Notes under the pieces: model-generated
The model's input: the letters and a program-made list of their open reading frames with translations, nothing else
Database searches by the model: none
Told to the model about the DNA's origin: nothing
From: Prorocentrum cordatum
Taxonomy: Eukaryota
Reading direction: 5' to 3'
Length of the DNA stretch: 64,000 nucleotides
Assembly: GCA_963575745.1 (NCBI GenBank)
Contig: CAUYUJ010000001.1
Coordinates: forward strand, 2,294,001-2,358,000
Part shown: one piece after another, positions 37,785-49,307 of the stretch
How the letters are laid out: the number at the start of each line of letters is the position of its first letter
Position numbering within the stretch: position 1 is the stretch's first letter
Position numbers and translations under genes: made by a program

Positions 37785-38009
37785 TAGACCAGCATTGCAT
37801 ATTGAGTCACTTTTGGACGGCCCCTGGGCTCGGCGATGGCCCCCCGAGCCCGAAACAAAAACAGATGTTGTCACGACGCCAGGCGGTCTGGGCCTGTGGT
37901 GGTGATGGGAAACATGGCTGGGGGACGTGTGCGCCCTGCGCGGCGTTCGAGACCTTTGGCGCCCGTGCGACACGCATGACCTGTGGGACCTGTGGGGCCT
38001 ACGGGGCAG

Positions 38010-38425
38010 GCCTTTCGGAAGCCTCTCACAAGCCTCTCACAAGCATCTCACAAGCCTCGCAGAAGCCTCGCAGAAGCCTCGCAGAAGACTCTCACAAACC
38101 TCTCCGAAGCCTCTCAGAAGCTTCTCAGAAGCCTCGCAGAAGCCTGTCATAAGCCCCTCAGAAGCCTCTCAGAAGCTTCTCAGGAGCCTCGCAGAAGCCT
38201 CTCAGAAGCCTCCCACAAGCCTCTCAGAAGCCTGCCACAAGCCTCTCAGAAGCCTCTCATAAGCTTGCAACAAGCCTCTCAGAAGCCTCCCACAAGCCTC
38301 TCACAAGCTTCCCACAAGCCTCGCAGAGGCCTCAGAGAAGCCATTCGGAGGCCTCAGACAATCGTTTCAGAGCCATCAGAGAAGCCTTGCAGAGACGCCA
38401 GAGAAGCTTTGCAGAGGCCTCAGCA
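38010..38425. repeat. 11-bp minisatellite (AGAAGCCTCTC)n
   Basis: Direct reading. Confidence 0.93.
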
Positions 38426-38589
38426 GGAGCTCTTGGATCGGTTGCAATCCGGTGTTCTCCTGACAGGTTTGTATAGAAATGAATCCTTTAGGTTGCGATC
38501 ACTCCGTTTCCACTGGTTGCAATCCGACCGAAGTAGTTCCGGAACAGTCCGAACAGGTTGTGATCGGTCTTATCCCCTCCCCGAAGAGG

Positions 38590-39622
38590 AGGACACTACC
38601 GGTTCTAACCCTTCCCCCCTTTCCTCCAGAAAACCGAGGGGAGGTCACTACCAGTTCGAACCCCCCCCCTCCTCCGGAAAACCGGGGAGGGGCATTACCG
38701 GTTCGAACCCTTTCCCCCCCCCTCCCCACGCTCACCGCCAGCAAACGACTCCCGGTCCCTACCACCGTCCGCGCCACATCCCCACTGTTGTCCCCAGCAC
38801 CACTGTCTTCACCACCACCGTTCCCACCACCGCCGTCCCCACTGTCCCCACCGCTGATTCCAGCACAGTCTTATTTTCGCCCTTTTCCAATTGTCCTTTC
38901 GCCGTCCTCGCCACCGCCGTCACCATTGTCCCGAGCATCACCGTCCGCACCACTGTCCCATTGTTCCAACCACAATCCCATTGTCCCCACCACCACCACC
39001 ATCCCCACCTTTGTCCCGCATCCTTCACCATGGTCCCACTGTCCCCACTGTTCTTACCATCGTCCCCGCTGTTCCCACCAGTGCCCCCACCAATGTCTCA
39101 CTGTCTCCATTTTCCCCACCATTTGCCCACCACGGTCCGACTCTTTTCTTTTTTGTCCACGGTCCCCACCACTGTCCTATAGTGTTGCCATTACACTGTC
39201 CCGTTGCGCCCGCCGCTGTCCCATTGCGCTGTCCCGCTGTCTCCACCACCATTCTCGCACTGTCGCCACCACTCTCCTCCTCACGACCTTTCACCACTGT
39301 CCCACCGCAACCGTCCCCATCCACCACCGTCCCACTGTCCCTACTACTGTCCCGTTGCCCCCTCCCCTCATCACTAATTGTCCCCACTACTGCCGTTCCC
39401 ACCACTGTCCGCACCACAGATCACGCACCACTGTCCCCACCACCACCGTTCTCACCAGTTTCGGTGTACGATATATCCCCACAACTGTCCAAAACTGTCT
39501 CGGAGCGGGAATCGTTCGATGGCGGCGAGGGGTGGGAGATGAGTTCGAACCGGCAGTGATCACCCTTTGGTTTTCAAGTGCGGCGGCGGGGGTTCGCACC
39601 TGTATTGACTCCCCTTCTTTTG
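38590..39622. mobile_element. Foldback-like element: modular inverted arms flanking a CCACTGTCC-rich simple repeat
   Basis: Left modules ..TACCGGTTCGAACCC.. (38590-38720) align with the reverse complement of 39530-39622. Confidence 0.55.
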
Positions 39623-39838
39623 CACAATGGATTATTAGGAGGGAGGCAGACAGAGAGAAATTCGCATTGATAGTGACCCCTTTGCCGTTGTCGAGGAGAA
39701 AAGGGGAAGGGAAACGGGGTGGGAATCCCCAGTGTCTTTTTTCCCAACCCTCCTGCGTTGGGTTCTCGTTTTGAATAGAGCACTGCTCGCGCGAACCTTC
39801 CTTCCTTCCTTCCCGTCCCTCTCTTCCCCCCTGCCTTT

Positions 39839-41038
39839 GACCTCGCCATCCCTGGGGGGCTGCGATCTGTGAAACTGTCGCCACTTTCGAGGGCTGCTGA
39901 GGGGCACAGCACAATGGGTACCCACCGCAGACTCAGATTAGACCTCACCATCCCTGGGGGGCTGCGATCTGTGAAACTGTCGCCACTTTCGAGGGCTGCT
40001 GAGGGGCACAGCACAGTGGGTACCCACCGCAGACTCAAATTAGACCTCGCCATCCCGGGGGGGCTGCGATCTGTGAAACTGTCGCCACTTTCGAGGGCTG
40101 CTGAGGGGCACAGCACAGTGGGTACCCACCGCAGACTCAAATTAGACCTCGCCATCCCTGGGGGGCTGCGATCTGTGAAATTGTCGCCACTTTCGAGGGC
40201 TGCTGAGGGGCACAGCACAGTGGGTACCCACCGCAGACGCACATTAGACCTCGCCATCCCTGGGGGGCTGCGATCTGTGAAACTGTCGCCACTTTCGAGG
40301 GCTGCTGGGGGCCAGCACAGTGGGTACCCACCGCAGACTCAAATTAGACCTCGCCATCCCTGGGGGGCTGCGATCTGTGAAACTGTCGCCACTTTCGAGG
40401 GCTGCTGGGGGGCCAGCACAGTGGGTACCCACCGCAGACTCAAATTAGACCTCGCCATCCCTGGGGGGCTGCGATCTGTGAAACTGTCGCCACTTTCGAG
40501 GGCTGCTTGGGGCAGCAGCACTCTCAGACCTCGCCATCCCTGGGGGGCTGCGATCTGTGAAACTGTCGCCACTTTCGAGGGCTGCTGAGGGGCACAGCAC
40601 AGTGGGTACCCACCGCAGATTCAAATTAGACCTCGCCATCCCTGGGGGGCTGCGATCTGTGAAACTGTCGCCACTTTCGAGGGCTGTTGATGGGCACAGC
40701 ACAGTGGGTACCCACCGCAGACTCAAATTAGACCTCGCCATCCCTGGGGGGCTGCGATCTGTGAAGCTGTCGCCACTTTCGAGGGCTGCTGAGGGGCACA
40801 GTACAGTGGGTTCCCACCGCAGACTCAAATTAGACCTCGCCATCCCTGGGGGCTGCGATCTGTGAAACTGTCGCCACTTTCGAGGGCTGCTGAGGGGCAC
40901 AGCACAGTGGGTACCCACCGCAGACTCAAATTAGACCTCGCCGTCCCTGGGGGGCTGCGATCTGTGAAACTGTCGCCACGTTCGAGGGCTGCTGAGTGGC
41001 ACAGCACAGTGGGTACCCACCGCAGACTCAAATTAGAC
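39839..41038. repeat. Homogeneous 102-bp satellite, about 12 copies
   Basis: GACCTCGCCATCCCTGGGGGGCTGCGATCTGTGAAACTGTCGCCACTTTCGAGG.. at 39839, 39941, 40043, 40145, 40247. Confidence 0.97.
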
Positions 41039-41439
41039 GCCGCTGTCGTCCTTGTTCTCCTCCTGCAGTCACCTTCCCTCTGCTGCTGCCGTGCTGATGG
41101 TTCGGCTTCCCGCACGTTTTTCTCTTGCTCTGCGATCCCGACTCCCCCCCATGTCCTCTTCGAGCTTGTAGTTGTCGCCCCTCGTTCTTGTATGGTTCTC
41201 CTGCGCATCATGCCATAGGCGCGTGTCCCAAGTAGCTTACACATCAAGTTGATTGTCCATGCAAGTTTCGGCCAACTCCTCGTTTCCAATGATACAAATG
41301 GGTTGGGTACGTCACAGGGTACTTCCCAACCCTCCTTGGTTGGGTATTCGTTTTGAATAGAGCAGTGTGGTCTCCACTTCCTCCTTTCCTCCCTCCTGCC
41401 TCCCGTCCCGCCTCCCTCTTGCCTCCTCCTGTCTTGCCC

Positions 41440-42972
41440 GCGGGGGGCTGCGATCTGTGAAATTGTCGTCACTTTCGAGGCTTGCTGGGGGGCCCAGCAC
41501 AGTGACGCCACGGGCAGACCCAAATTAGACCTCGCCGTCCCTGGGGGGGCTGCGATCTGTGAAACTGTCGCCACTTTCGAGGCCTGCTGGGGGGCCCAGC
41601 ACAGTGACGCCACGGGCAGACCCAAATTAGACCTCGCCATCTCTGGAGGGCTGCGATCTGTGAAACTGTCGCCACGTTCGAGGCCTGCTGGGGGGCCCAG
41701 CACAGTGACGCCACGCGCGGACCAAAATTTGACCTCGCCATCCCTGGGGGGGCTGCGATTTGTGAAACTGTCGCCACTTTCGAGGCCTGCTGGGGGGGCC
41801 CAGCACAGTGACGCCACGGGCAGACCTAAATTAGAGCTCGCCATCCTTGGGGGGGCTGCGATCTGTGAAACTGTTGCCACTTTCGAGGCCTGCTGGGGGG
41901 CCCAGCACAGTGACAAATTAGACCTCGTCACGCAGACCCAAATTAGACCTCGCCATCCCTGGGGGGCTGCGATCTGTGAAACTGTCGCCACTTTCGAGGC
42001 CTGCTGGGGGGCCCAGCACAGTGACGCCACGGGGACCCAAATTAGACCTCGCCATCCCTGGGGGGCTGCGATCTGTGAAACTGTCGCCACTTTCGAGGCC
42101 TGCTGGGGGGCCCAGCACAGTGACGCCACGGGCGGACCCAAATTAGACCTCGCCATCCCTGGGGGGCTGCGATCTGTGAAACTGTCGCCACTTTCGAGGC
42201 CTGCTGGGGGGCCCAGCACAGTGACGCCACGGGCAGACCCAAATTAGACCTCGCCATCCCTGGGGGGCTGCGATCTGTGAAACTGTCGCCACTTTCGAGG
42301 CCTGCTGGGGGGCCCAGCACAGTGACGCCACGGCGGACCCAAATTAGACCTCGCCATTGGGGGGCTGCGATCTGTGAAACTGTCGCCACTTTCGAGGCCT
42401 GCTGGGGGGCCCAGCACAGTGACGCCACGCGCGGACCCAAATTATACCTCGCCGTCCCTGGGGGGCTGCGATCTGCGAATCTGTCGCCACTTTCGAGGGC
42501 TGCTGGTGGGTTCTGCGGGGTGAGGCACCGCGCGGACCTGAGCGGGACATCGCCGCCCTTGGAGGGTTGCGATCTGCGAAGCTGTCGCCACTTTCGAGGC
42601 CTGCTGGGGTGCCCAGCACAGTGACGCCACGGGCAGACTCAAATTAGACCTCGCCATCGCTGGGAGGCTGCGATCTGCGAAGCTGTCGCCACTTTCGAGG
42701 CTTGCTGGGGGGCCCAGCACAGTGACGCCACGCGCGGACCCAAACTAACCCTCGCCATCCCTGGGGGGCTGCGATCTGCGAATCTGTCGCCACTTTCGAT
42801 GCCTGCTGGGGAGGGCCCAGCACAGTGACGCCACGCGCGGGCCCAAATTAGACCTCGCCATCGCTGGGGGGCTGCGATCTGTGAAACTGTCGCCTCTTTC
42901 GAGGCCTGCTGGGGGGTCCTGCAGGGTGAGGCACCGCGCGGACCTGAGCGGGACCTCGCCATCCTTGGGGGA
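41440..42972. repeat. Variant (about 100-bp) array of the same satellite, about 15 copies
   Basis: Same first half; second half GGCCCAGCACAGTGACGCCACGGGCAGACCCAAATTA replaces GGCACAGCACAGTGGGTACCCACCGCAGACTCAAATTA. Confidence 0.97.
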
Positions 42973-43153
42973 GCTACAGACCGAGCGCAACTATTACGAC
43001 GACCACGGTTGCTGTCAATGATTTGTCTCTGACTGGTTTTCCTGTGATTGAAGGGCCTCGACAGTTTCCGAGCGCATGACCGCTCCGCCTGCGCTCTCTG
43101 TCTCGCCGGAACCGTTCTGGCTTAAAGCTCTGATCGTGGGGCCCGGGGAGCGC

Positions 43154-43555
43154 ATGGGCCTCCCGTGGCTCGCGGCCGGGCCGTGGGCTGCCTCGGTGGC
43201 AACCGCTTGGCTGACGCAGTGCCCGGCGTGCCCGGAGGCGCGCGTCACCTGCGGCAGCTGCCCGACCTGCCCTCCGCCGCGGGCGGTCAGCTGCGGGACG
43301 TGCCCGAGCTGCCCGACGTGCAGCCTGACCTGCGGCAGCGGGCTGGGCTGGTGGGCCGAGGGTGCTGCCCTAGCCGCGGGCCTCCTGCTGGGCGGAGGCG
43401 GCCGCGCGGTGTTCGACGCGGTGTCCTGGGTCGCGGAGCTCCTCGTGGGTCTGGCGACGCCTCGTCCTGGGCAGGGCGAGGACTCCCTCGTGAACGACGA
43501 CGGGCTGCCGGCCACGCCGGCAGGGCGGCGCGGGTTTCGCGCCGTGCGCGCCTGA
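43154..43555 (+). CDS. Small Cys-rich putative membrane protein (first ORF of the YR element), 133 aa
   Basis: Hydrophobic N-terminus, CPACP..CGSCPTCP..CGTCPSCPTC..C, then GAALAAGLLLGGG hydrophobic stretch; G/C-ending codons; stops 14 bp before the gag-like ATG. Confidence 0.6.
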   Translation: MGLPWLAAGPWAASVATAWLTQCPACPEARVTCGSCPTCPPPRAVSCGTCPSCPTCSLTCGSGLGWWAEGAALAAGLLLGGGGRAVFDAVSWVAELLVGLATPRPGQGEDSLVNDDGLPATPAGRRGFRAVRA

Positions 43556-43569
43556 GCGACCGAGTCTGG

Positions 43570-44550
43570 ATGGCGGGTCTTCGTGCTCTCGACGGGCCGG
43601 AGTCGCAGGAGGGTGTCAACTTCGACGACGACGGCAGCTTCAGACGGCACCATCGGCTGCCGCTAGTGCAGCTCAGTCCAGGTGCCTGGGTCGCAGCCAG
43701 CCCAGACGGGGAGGTGCTCTTCCTGGACTCGAGCGGGCGTTCGGTCGTGGCCCTCCGCCGCGACTTGGCCTTCCCGGAGAGGGTGCGCGGGCAGGAGAAC
43801 GCGCTCGGGGGAACGTTCCCGGACGGCCTCGAGGCGCTCCGCGTCGTGGCGCGGGCTCTGGCGGTGGTGATGGGCGTGACCATGCCGACAGCGGCGCCTG
43901 GCGCTCTGTTGGCGCGCTGGGTCGGCCCGGACCCTGGGTCGCCAGACTTCGGCATGGATCTGGACGTCGACGCCGCCGGGAACCCGGAGAGGCTGATCTT
44001 CAGGGATGCAGTCGGCGCTGCTCGGCGCAGCGTAGGGGAGGGCTGGGACTCGGTCGAGAACGTCCAGGAGCGCGACGAGGAGGCCTGGCGCGCCGTGAAG
44101 CGCCGTGGCCCGGGGCGAGATCCCAGGATCTCGTCGCTGTCGAGGCGCGCCCCTGGCCAGCCCGTGATGCTCGCAGAGGCCCTGGCGGTGATGAGCGCGA
44201 TCATGATCGACGACTGGCCCTTTCGAGGGCCGCGGGCCTTGGCCAAGCTGCTCAGCGCTGTGCTCGCCTCGGGGCTCGCCCTCGCCTCGTACGGGGGCTT
44301 CCGGGTGTCGGAGTCCGGGGTCTCGATGAACGCGGCGGTGGCCATGGACGTGCTGCACCTGGTGATCGATGCGTTCGTCGCCGAGGAGCAGAAGGCACAG
44401 GGCGTGATCCTGAAGCAGAAGAGGCTGTTCGGGGAGGAGCAGCAGTCGGAACCGAGGAAGTTCGAGAGGGCCGACGACGGCAGGCCGCCGAAGAAGCCGA
44501 CGCCCAACGAGGAGGCGGAGGCGAAGGCGGGTTCCAAGGATCAGGGTTGA
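43570..44550 (+). CDS. gag-like ORF of the YR retrotransposon (possibly internally deleted)
   Basis: Open 326-codon frame directly upstream of pol; DWPFRGPR motif and charged C-terminus. Confidence 0.65.
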   Translation: MAGLRALDGPESQEGVNFDDDGSFRRHHRLPLVQLSPGAWVAASPDGEVLFLDSSGRSVVALRRDLAFPERVRGQENALGGTFPDGLEALRVVARALAVVMGVTMPTAAPGALLARWVGPDPGSPDFGMDLDVDAAGNPERLIFRDAVGAARRSVGEGWDSVENVQERDEEAWRAVKRRGPGRDPRISSLSRRAPGQPVMLAEALAVMSAIMIDDWPFRGPRALAKLLSAVLASGLALASYGGFRVSESGVSMNAAVAMDVLHLVIDAFVAEEQKAQGVILKQKRLFGEEQQSEPRKFERADDGRPPKKPTPNEEAEAKAGSKDQG

Positions 44551-44569
44551 CGGCGCCGGGGAGGCGCCG

Positions 44570-47500
44570 ATGTGGCTGGGCTCGCCGCCTGGCCTTCCAC
44601 CGCCCACCCCTGGCGGCGCGACTGCCGACGTGCGCCAGGGGTGGCATCCCTCCGAGGGGGTCTCCTCCGAGGGCAGGACTTCGCCCGCTGTTTTGTTTCC
44701 TCTGCCTCGGGGTGATGACTTTTATCGCCACGCCCGTCGTGGAGAACGTGCCGCTCTGCCTCGGTACTTGGCCCGGCGCGCCGCTCGCGCTGGCGACCGC
44801 GACCGTCGTTCTCTCGAGGCGACGGGGGCGCTCAACGGGTTGGCGGCCGCTCGGGCTGGAGGGCGCCTCGAGCCTCGTGCGCCTGGCAAGCAGAGGCCGA
44901 CTACCGCGCAGGGGTCGGTCATCAAGCGAGCCCGACGTCGCGTCCGCAGCTTCGGGGACCGCCCGAAGGACATGGACTCTGCTGGAGCCCTTCAGGAGCT
45001 CCTCAAGTGCAAGGACCTGTACTCGGCCATGGGCGAGAGCTCTACGCGCCGTGATTATGATGCCAGTAAGCTTAACGTGCTGCGGCGCCCCGTCAGCGAC
45101 CAGCCGCGGCAGCTTCGCGGAGTGGCGCCTCGCCGCTTTTCCGAGGTCCTCGACAACTTCAACGTGGACGTGGCGCGGCCAGCAGCTAACATCCCCGACG
45201 ACGAGGAGATCGCGGAGCCGTACTGGGACCCGCTGCTCAACCCTCGTGACCCGCGGAACCGTCCGAGGCTCATGGACTTCTTGCGGCGCCTGGCCGAGCG
45301 GGGACTGGTCGACGGCCGCCGAAGACGGAAGGCTTGCGTCAGTACGTTCTTCGTGGCCAAGAAGAATGGCGACATCCGCATGGTGGTGGACGCCCGCCAG
45401 CCGAACCAGCTCCACAAGTTGCCGCCTCGGACGGTGCTCGCGTCGGGCGAGGCACTGGGTGCGATCATTTGCTGGACGCCATCGACGCCTCGCCGGAGGA
45501 CTTGGCCGACTTTGACGGCTGCTTCGAGTCGCTCTGTGCGGGCTCGGTGGACCTCATGGATGGCTTCTACCAGTTTGCCGACCCCGCATGGGGCAGCTGG
45601 ATGTGTTTCGACATCGAGGTCACCGCCGGCGAGCTGGGGGTGGACTCTATCTTCGACGACCAGCTGGGCCGCAGGGTGGGCGTCTCCCCCGACGAGGTCA
45701 TCTGGCCGTGCTTCGCCGCGCTGCCGATGGGCTGGAGCTGGGCGCTCTGGATCTGCCACGAGGTGCTGGTCGACGCGATGGACGCGGTTGGGCCCCCCGG
45801 CGATGGCTGGTGTCTTGACAAGGCCAAGGCCCCGACGCTTGTCGGTCGCTCGGTCGCCAGGGCCCCATACGTCGACAACGGGAACCTGGTCTCGCTCAGC
45901 GCGCCGGCCCTCGACGACCGCCTGGACAGGCTCACGGCCGAGCTGGATAGGCGGGGCTTGCGCTGGCACGAGCTGGAGAGCGCCCAGCCTGGGCTCGTCG
46001 TCCTCGGGATGGTGCTGGATGGGCGCGAGGGGCGCCTCCGGCACACGCCGAAGCGGGCCTGGCGGCTTTACTTGGCGCTGCACCACGTACTTCGACATCC
46101 CTGGCTGGCGCGCTGGCAGCTTCGGCGGATCGTGGGCCACATCGCGCACTACTTCTCAGTGCTGCGACCTGGCCTCAGTGTCCTGGGCGCCAGCTACGCG
46201 CCCATCTCCAGCGGCGACTTGGCCGAAGCGGCGCGCTTGCCCCCCGACGTGCTGGGCGAGCTGGCGACTACAGCCGGCCTGGTCTTCCTGGGCGAGGTCG
46301 ACATGTGCAGGGTGCCGTCGGACATCGCCTTCACCACCGACAGCTCAATGCAGGGCTACGCCGCGTGTGAAGCACGCCTGGAGCCGTGGGAGATCCCGGC
46401 TACCACTCGATGGCGGGAACGCCAGCGCTTCGTACCTTCGGAGGTGGAGATCGCGCCCGACACGGATGCGCATGAAGGGCGCGTGGCGGGGCTGCTCGAC
46501 GCCTCCGAGCCGCTGCCTCTGGATGCCCCGCCAAGGCTCAGACACGCCGTCGCTCGGCGGCGCCGAGTCGAGCTTGAGATCGGGGTGCCGCCCGAGCCCT
46601 TGGCGGAGGCGCTGCTGGATCCCGCGCGCTGGACGGAGCGGCGCCGCGGTGCGCGGCGCTGCCCAGGGCGAACTCACGCCTTGGAGGCGCGGGCCGCAGT
46701 CGCTCCCCTATGGCGGGCGGCGGGCGATGTGCGGTTCCACGGCACCGAGATCCTCAGCTTGTGTGACAACATGTCGTCGGCCCTCGCCTTTGAGAAGGGC
46801 AGGGCCACCAATTTTGAGCTGCTGGCGCAGTGTCGCCGCGCTGCTGCAGTGTGCCTGGGCTGCGAGATCCGCCGGCGCCCAAGGCATGTCCCGGGCATCC
46901 AGAACGTCGCGGACCACGGCAGCAGGGCGGCAGATCGCGGAGAGCTACGAGCTGGGCGCTACCGGGGGCGAGGGGCCCTCTCGGCCCCCACGCGGCGCAG
47001 CAGCCGCGAGCCCGTGGTTCGGCCCGCTCGGGCGCAGGTCCATCAGATCGACGGGAGAGAGGCCGTGTCTCTGCGGCCTGAAAATACGGAGAGTCAGACT
47101 GATCAGATTGTTTTGCCATCTCAGACGCTGTACGCTCATACTTTGTCTCGTTCCCTACCTACAGAAGTGGCGTTGCCAACCAGCTGGGCCGAGAGACGCT
47201 CTGACACCTCCTCTCCAAATCAGCATGATGGCTCCCGTGGTCAACATTGCGAGTGTCACGAGAAGCCTCAGGACGACCCTCACGGGACTCATAACGCACA
47301 AGATGCTGCACGCGAAGGGCCTGGCGATCGACCCGTTCTACCCGTGGGGCCCCGAGAGGACCCTGAGGGAGCTCGCCAACGACGGGGCGATCGTCTTGGG
47401 GATGCTCGACGTCTTGGGGTTGGGCCTCCTGAACTTCCCCGGGCTGGCCGTGGTCGTAAGGCGTTCTTGGAGATCTTTGCCGGCACTGCTAACCTCGCTG

Positions 47501-48258
47501 GAGCCCTGCATGAAAGAGGCCTTCGAGTTCTGCCCCCGGTGGACATCAAGATGGGCCCCCACTGTGATCTCACACTTCGGAGAGTCCAGCGTCTGGTGCT
47601 ACATTGGCTCGAGAGTGGCGAAGTTTGGTGGGTCCACCTCGGACCCCCCTGCACTCGCTGGGTGCCCGTGGGAGGCAAACGCGACCCCTTGCCTGTGGAC
47701 CGCGTCCTGGTCTCGTTCACTGTCCGCGTCCTACGGCTGTGCAGGCGGCGTGGGATCTTCGCGACCTTCGAGAATCCCCCCGCTAGCCGCGTCTGGCGCT
47801 GGCCCGCGCTCGAGCGGGAGCTCCAGCGCCTCGAGTATCCCAAGGTGCTGTTCGACTCGCGCAGGTTCGGGGCCCCGTTCAAGAAGCCGGGCGCGATCGC
47901 AGGCAGCTTGCCAGGCTTGGAGGCCTTGGGGTTTCGCTGCTGCTGTGCCGGTCGGCATCGCGTTGAGCTTCAGGGAAAAGTCCGGCATCCTACTCGTGGC
48001 TGGGTGTGGCGGACGACCCTGGCGAGCGCCTACCTGCCGAGCTGGTGCCGGCTGCTGGTGCCCCTGGCGGGCCCCCATGCGCCGCGCGGCGCCTTCGGCC
48101 GAGCCACGGCGGCGGAGCTCCAGGGCAGGGCTCACGCGCTGGCGAGCGCGGCAGGCCGCCGAGAGCCCCGAGCCATCTCCGCGCCGGTCTGCCCGCAGCG
48201 CTTTCGGCTCCCCTGGCGGCCAGGGCGGGCCTCCGCGCTCGACCCGAGGCCGCGGTAG
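44570..48258 (+). pseudogene. pol: reverse transcriptase, RNase H and C5 cytosine methyltransferase; one frameshift near 45470
   Basis: FFVAKKNGDIRMVVDAR, DLMDGFYQ, LPMGWSWA, YVDN (RT); TDSS, LEARA, LCDN, NVAD..SR (RNase H); FLEIFAG, GPPC, FENP (MTase motifs I, IV, VI). Confidence 0.9.
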
Positions 48259-48299
48259 CGCTGAGGGATTTTCGGCGCCCTCGCCAGCTCGCTTGCCGA

Positions 48300-49307
48300 C
48301 CTGGACGCCGAGAACATCGGGCGTGGCGGCGGCCGCAGCTTCTCGGGGCATGGCAGCTGCTGGGCGCGCCGGGGAGTCCGACGGACGTTTGGCGCCGGTG
48401 CCGAGACCGCCGGCCAGGGCACAGAGGCAGCGGCGCGCTGCCGCCGCCGCCCGCGGCGATGCCGCGGCCGCCGGGCGCGGGGTTGGGCCCGGAGACGACC
48501 TTCGGCTGGCCAGCTGACGTCCTGCGACGCTCGCCAGCTATCGCAATGCAGCTGAGGCATTCGAAGTGATTGCGCAAGAGCGTGGTCTCCCCTATGGCCT
48601 CACCGCCTGAGGCCGACTCGGCCCTGAATCTCTACTTCGAGGAACTGTTCTTTGCAGGCGTGCCGCAGTACGTGGGCCGCCTGGGCCTGTCTGGCCTGTG
48701 TGAAGGCCGTTCAGCCTGTCTGCTCTGTCCTAGACACGGCCTTGACCTTTTGGTCGCGCTGAGCGCGTTGGTCCAGTTTGACATGTACTTTCGGCCGACC
48801 AATCCTGCCTTTGGCCCTCGATGCTCTGGCCCCTCTGCCAATATCACGGTAGCGGTTGCCCCATTGAGCGAGGACAAACCAGCAAAGAATCGTGACTCGA
48901 CTGCGCTGTGACGGCAGGCGTTGACCTGCCCCTCCACCGCTTAGTGCCTGAGATTATGTCTCGACTCCGTGCCAGGGCGCGCGGGGGCAATGCCTCCCCA
49001 CCCCCTTTTTGCCCCTCTCTTCCTCGCACAGTACGACAAAGATTTGAAGGCCGCGGCTGACGCCGCGGGAGTGGTAGAACTTCTGGCTTCGCCAAGGGGG
49101 CCTTCGCATGAAGCTCTGCACGATGGGGGACCCATCTCGAGCATTCAGGCTAGAGGGCGCTGGTGCGCCCGTGAAAGTGTCAGGGTCCATGATAAACACG
49201 GCTACGCGCTTCGGCAACGTTCAAACCTCTCAACCTCGCCGCTTGCCTACGCTCGAAGGCTCTCAGAGGCGCGTGCTCGTGACATGCTTCGTCAGGTATG
49301 TGCCTGA
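48300..49307 (+). pseudogene. Degraded tyrosine recombinase
   Basis: QFDMYFRP (Arg box I) and GPSHE..IQARGRW..ESVRVHDKHG (box II/III remnant); deletions and frameshifts. Confidence 0.7.

Noticed and set aside
39839..42972. CRISPR-like or guide array serving the neighbouring RT element
   Set aside because: No variable spacers, and the YR element boundary (43017) excludes the arrays
45480..48517. 1315-aa ORF 44570..48517 as one real protein
   Set aside because: Only the first ~300 aa are RT-like; after the frameshift near 45470 the motifs continue in the 45334..48258 frame
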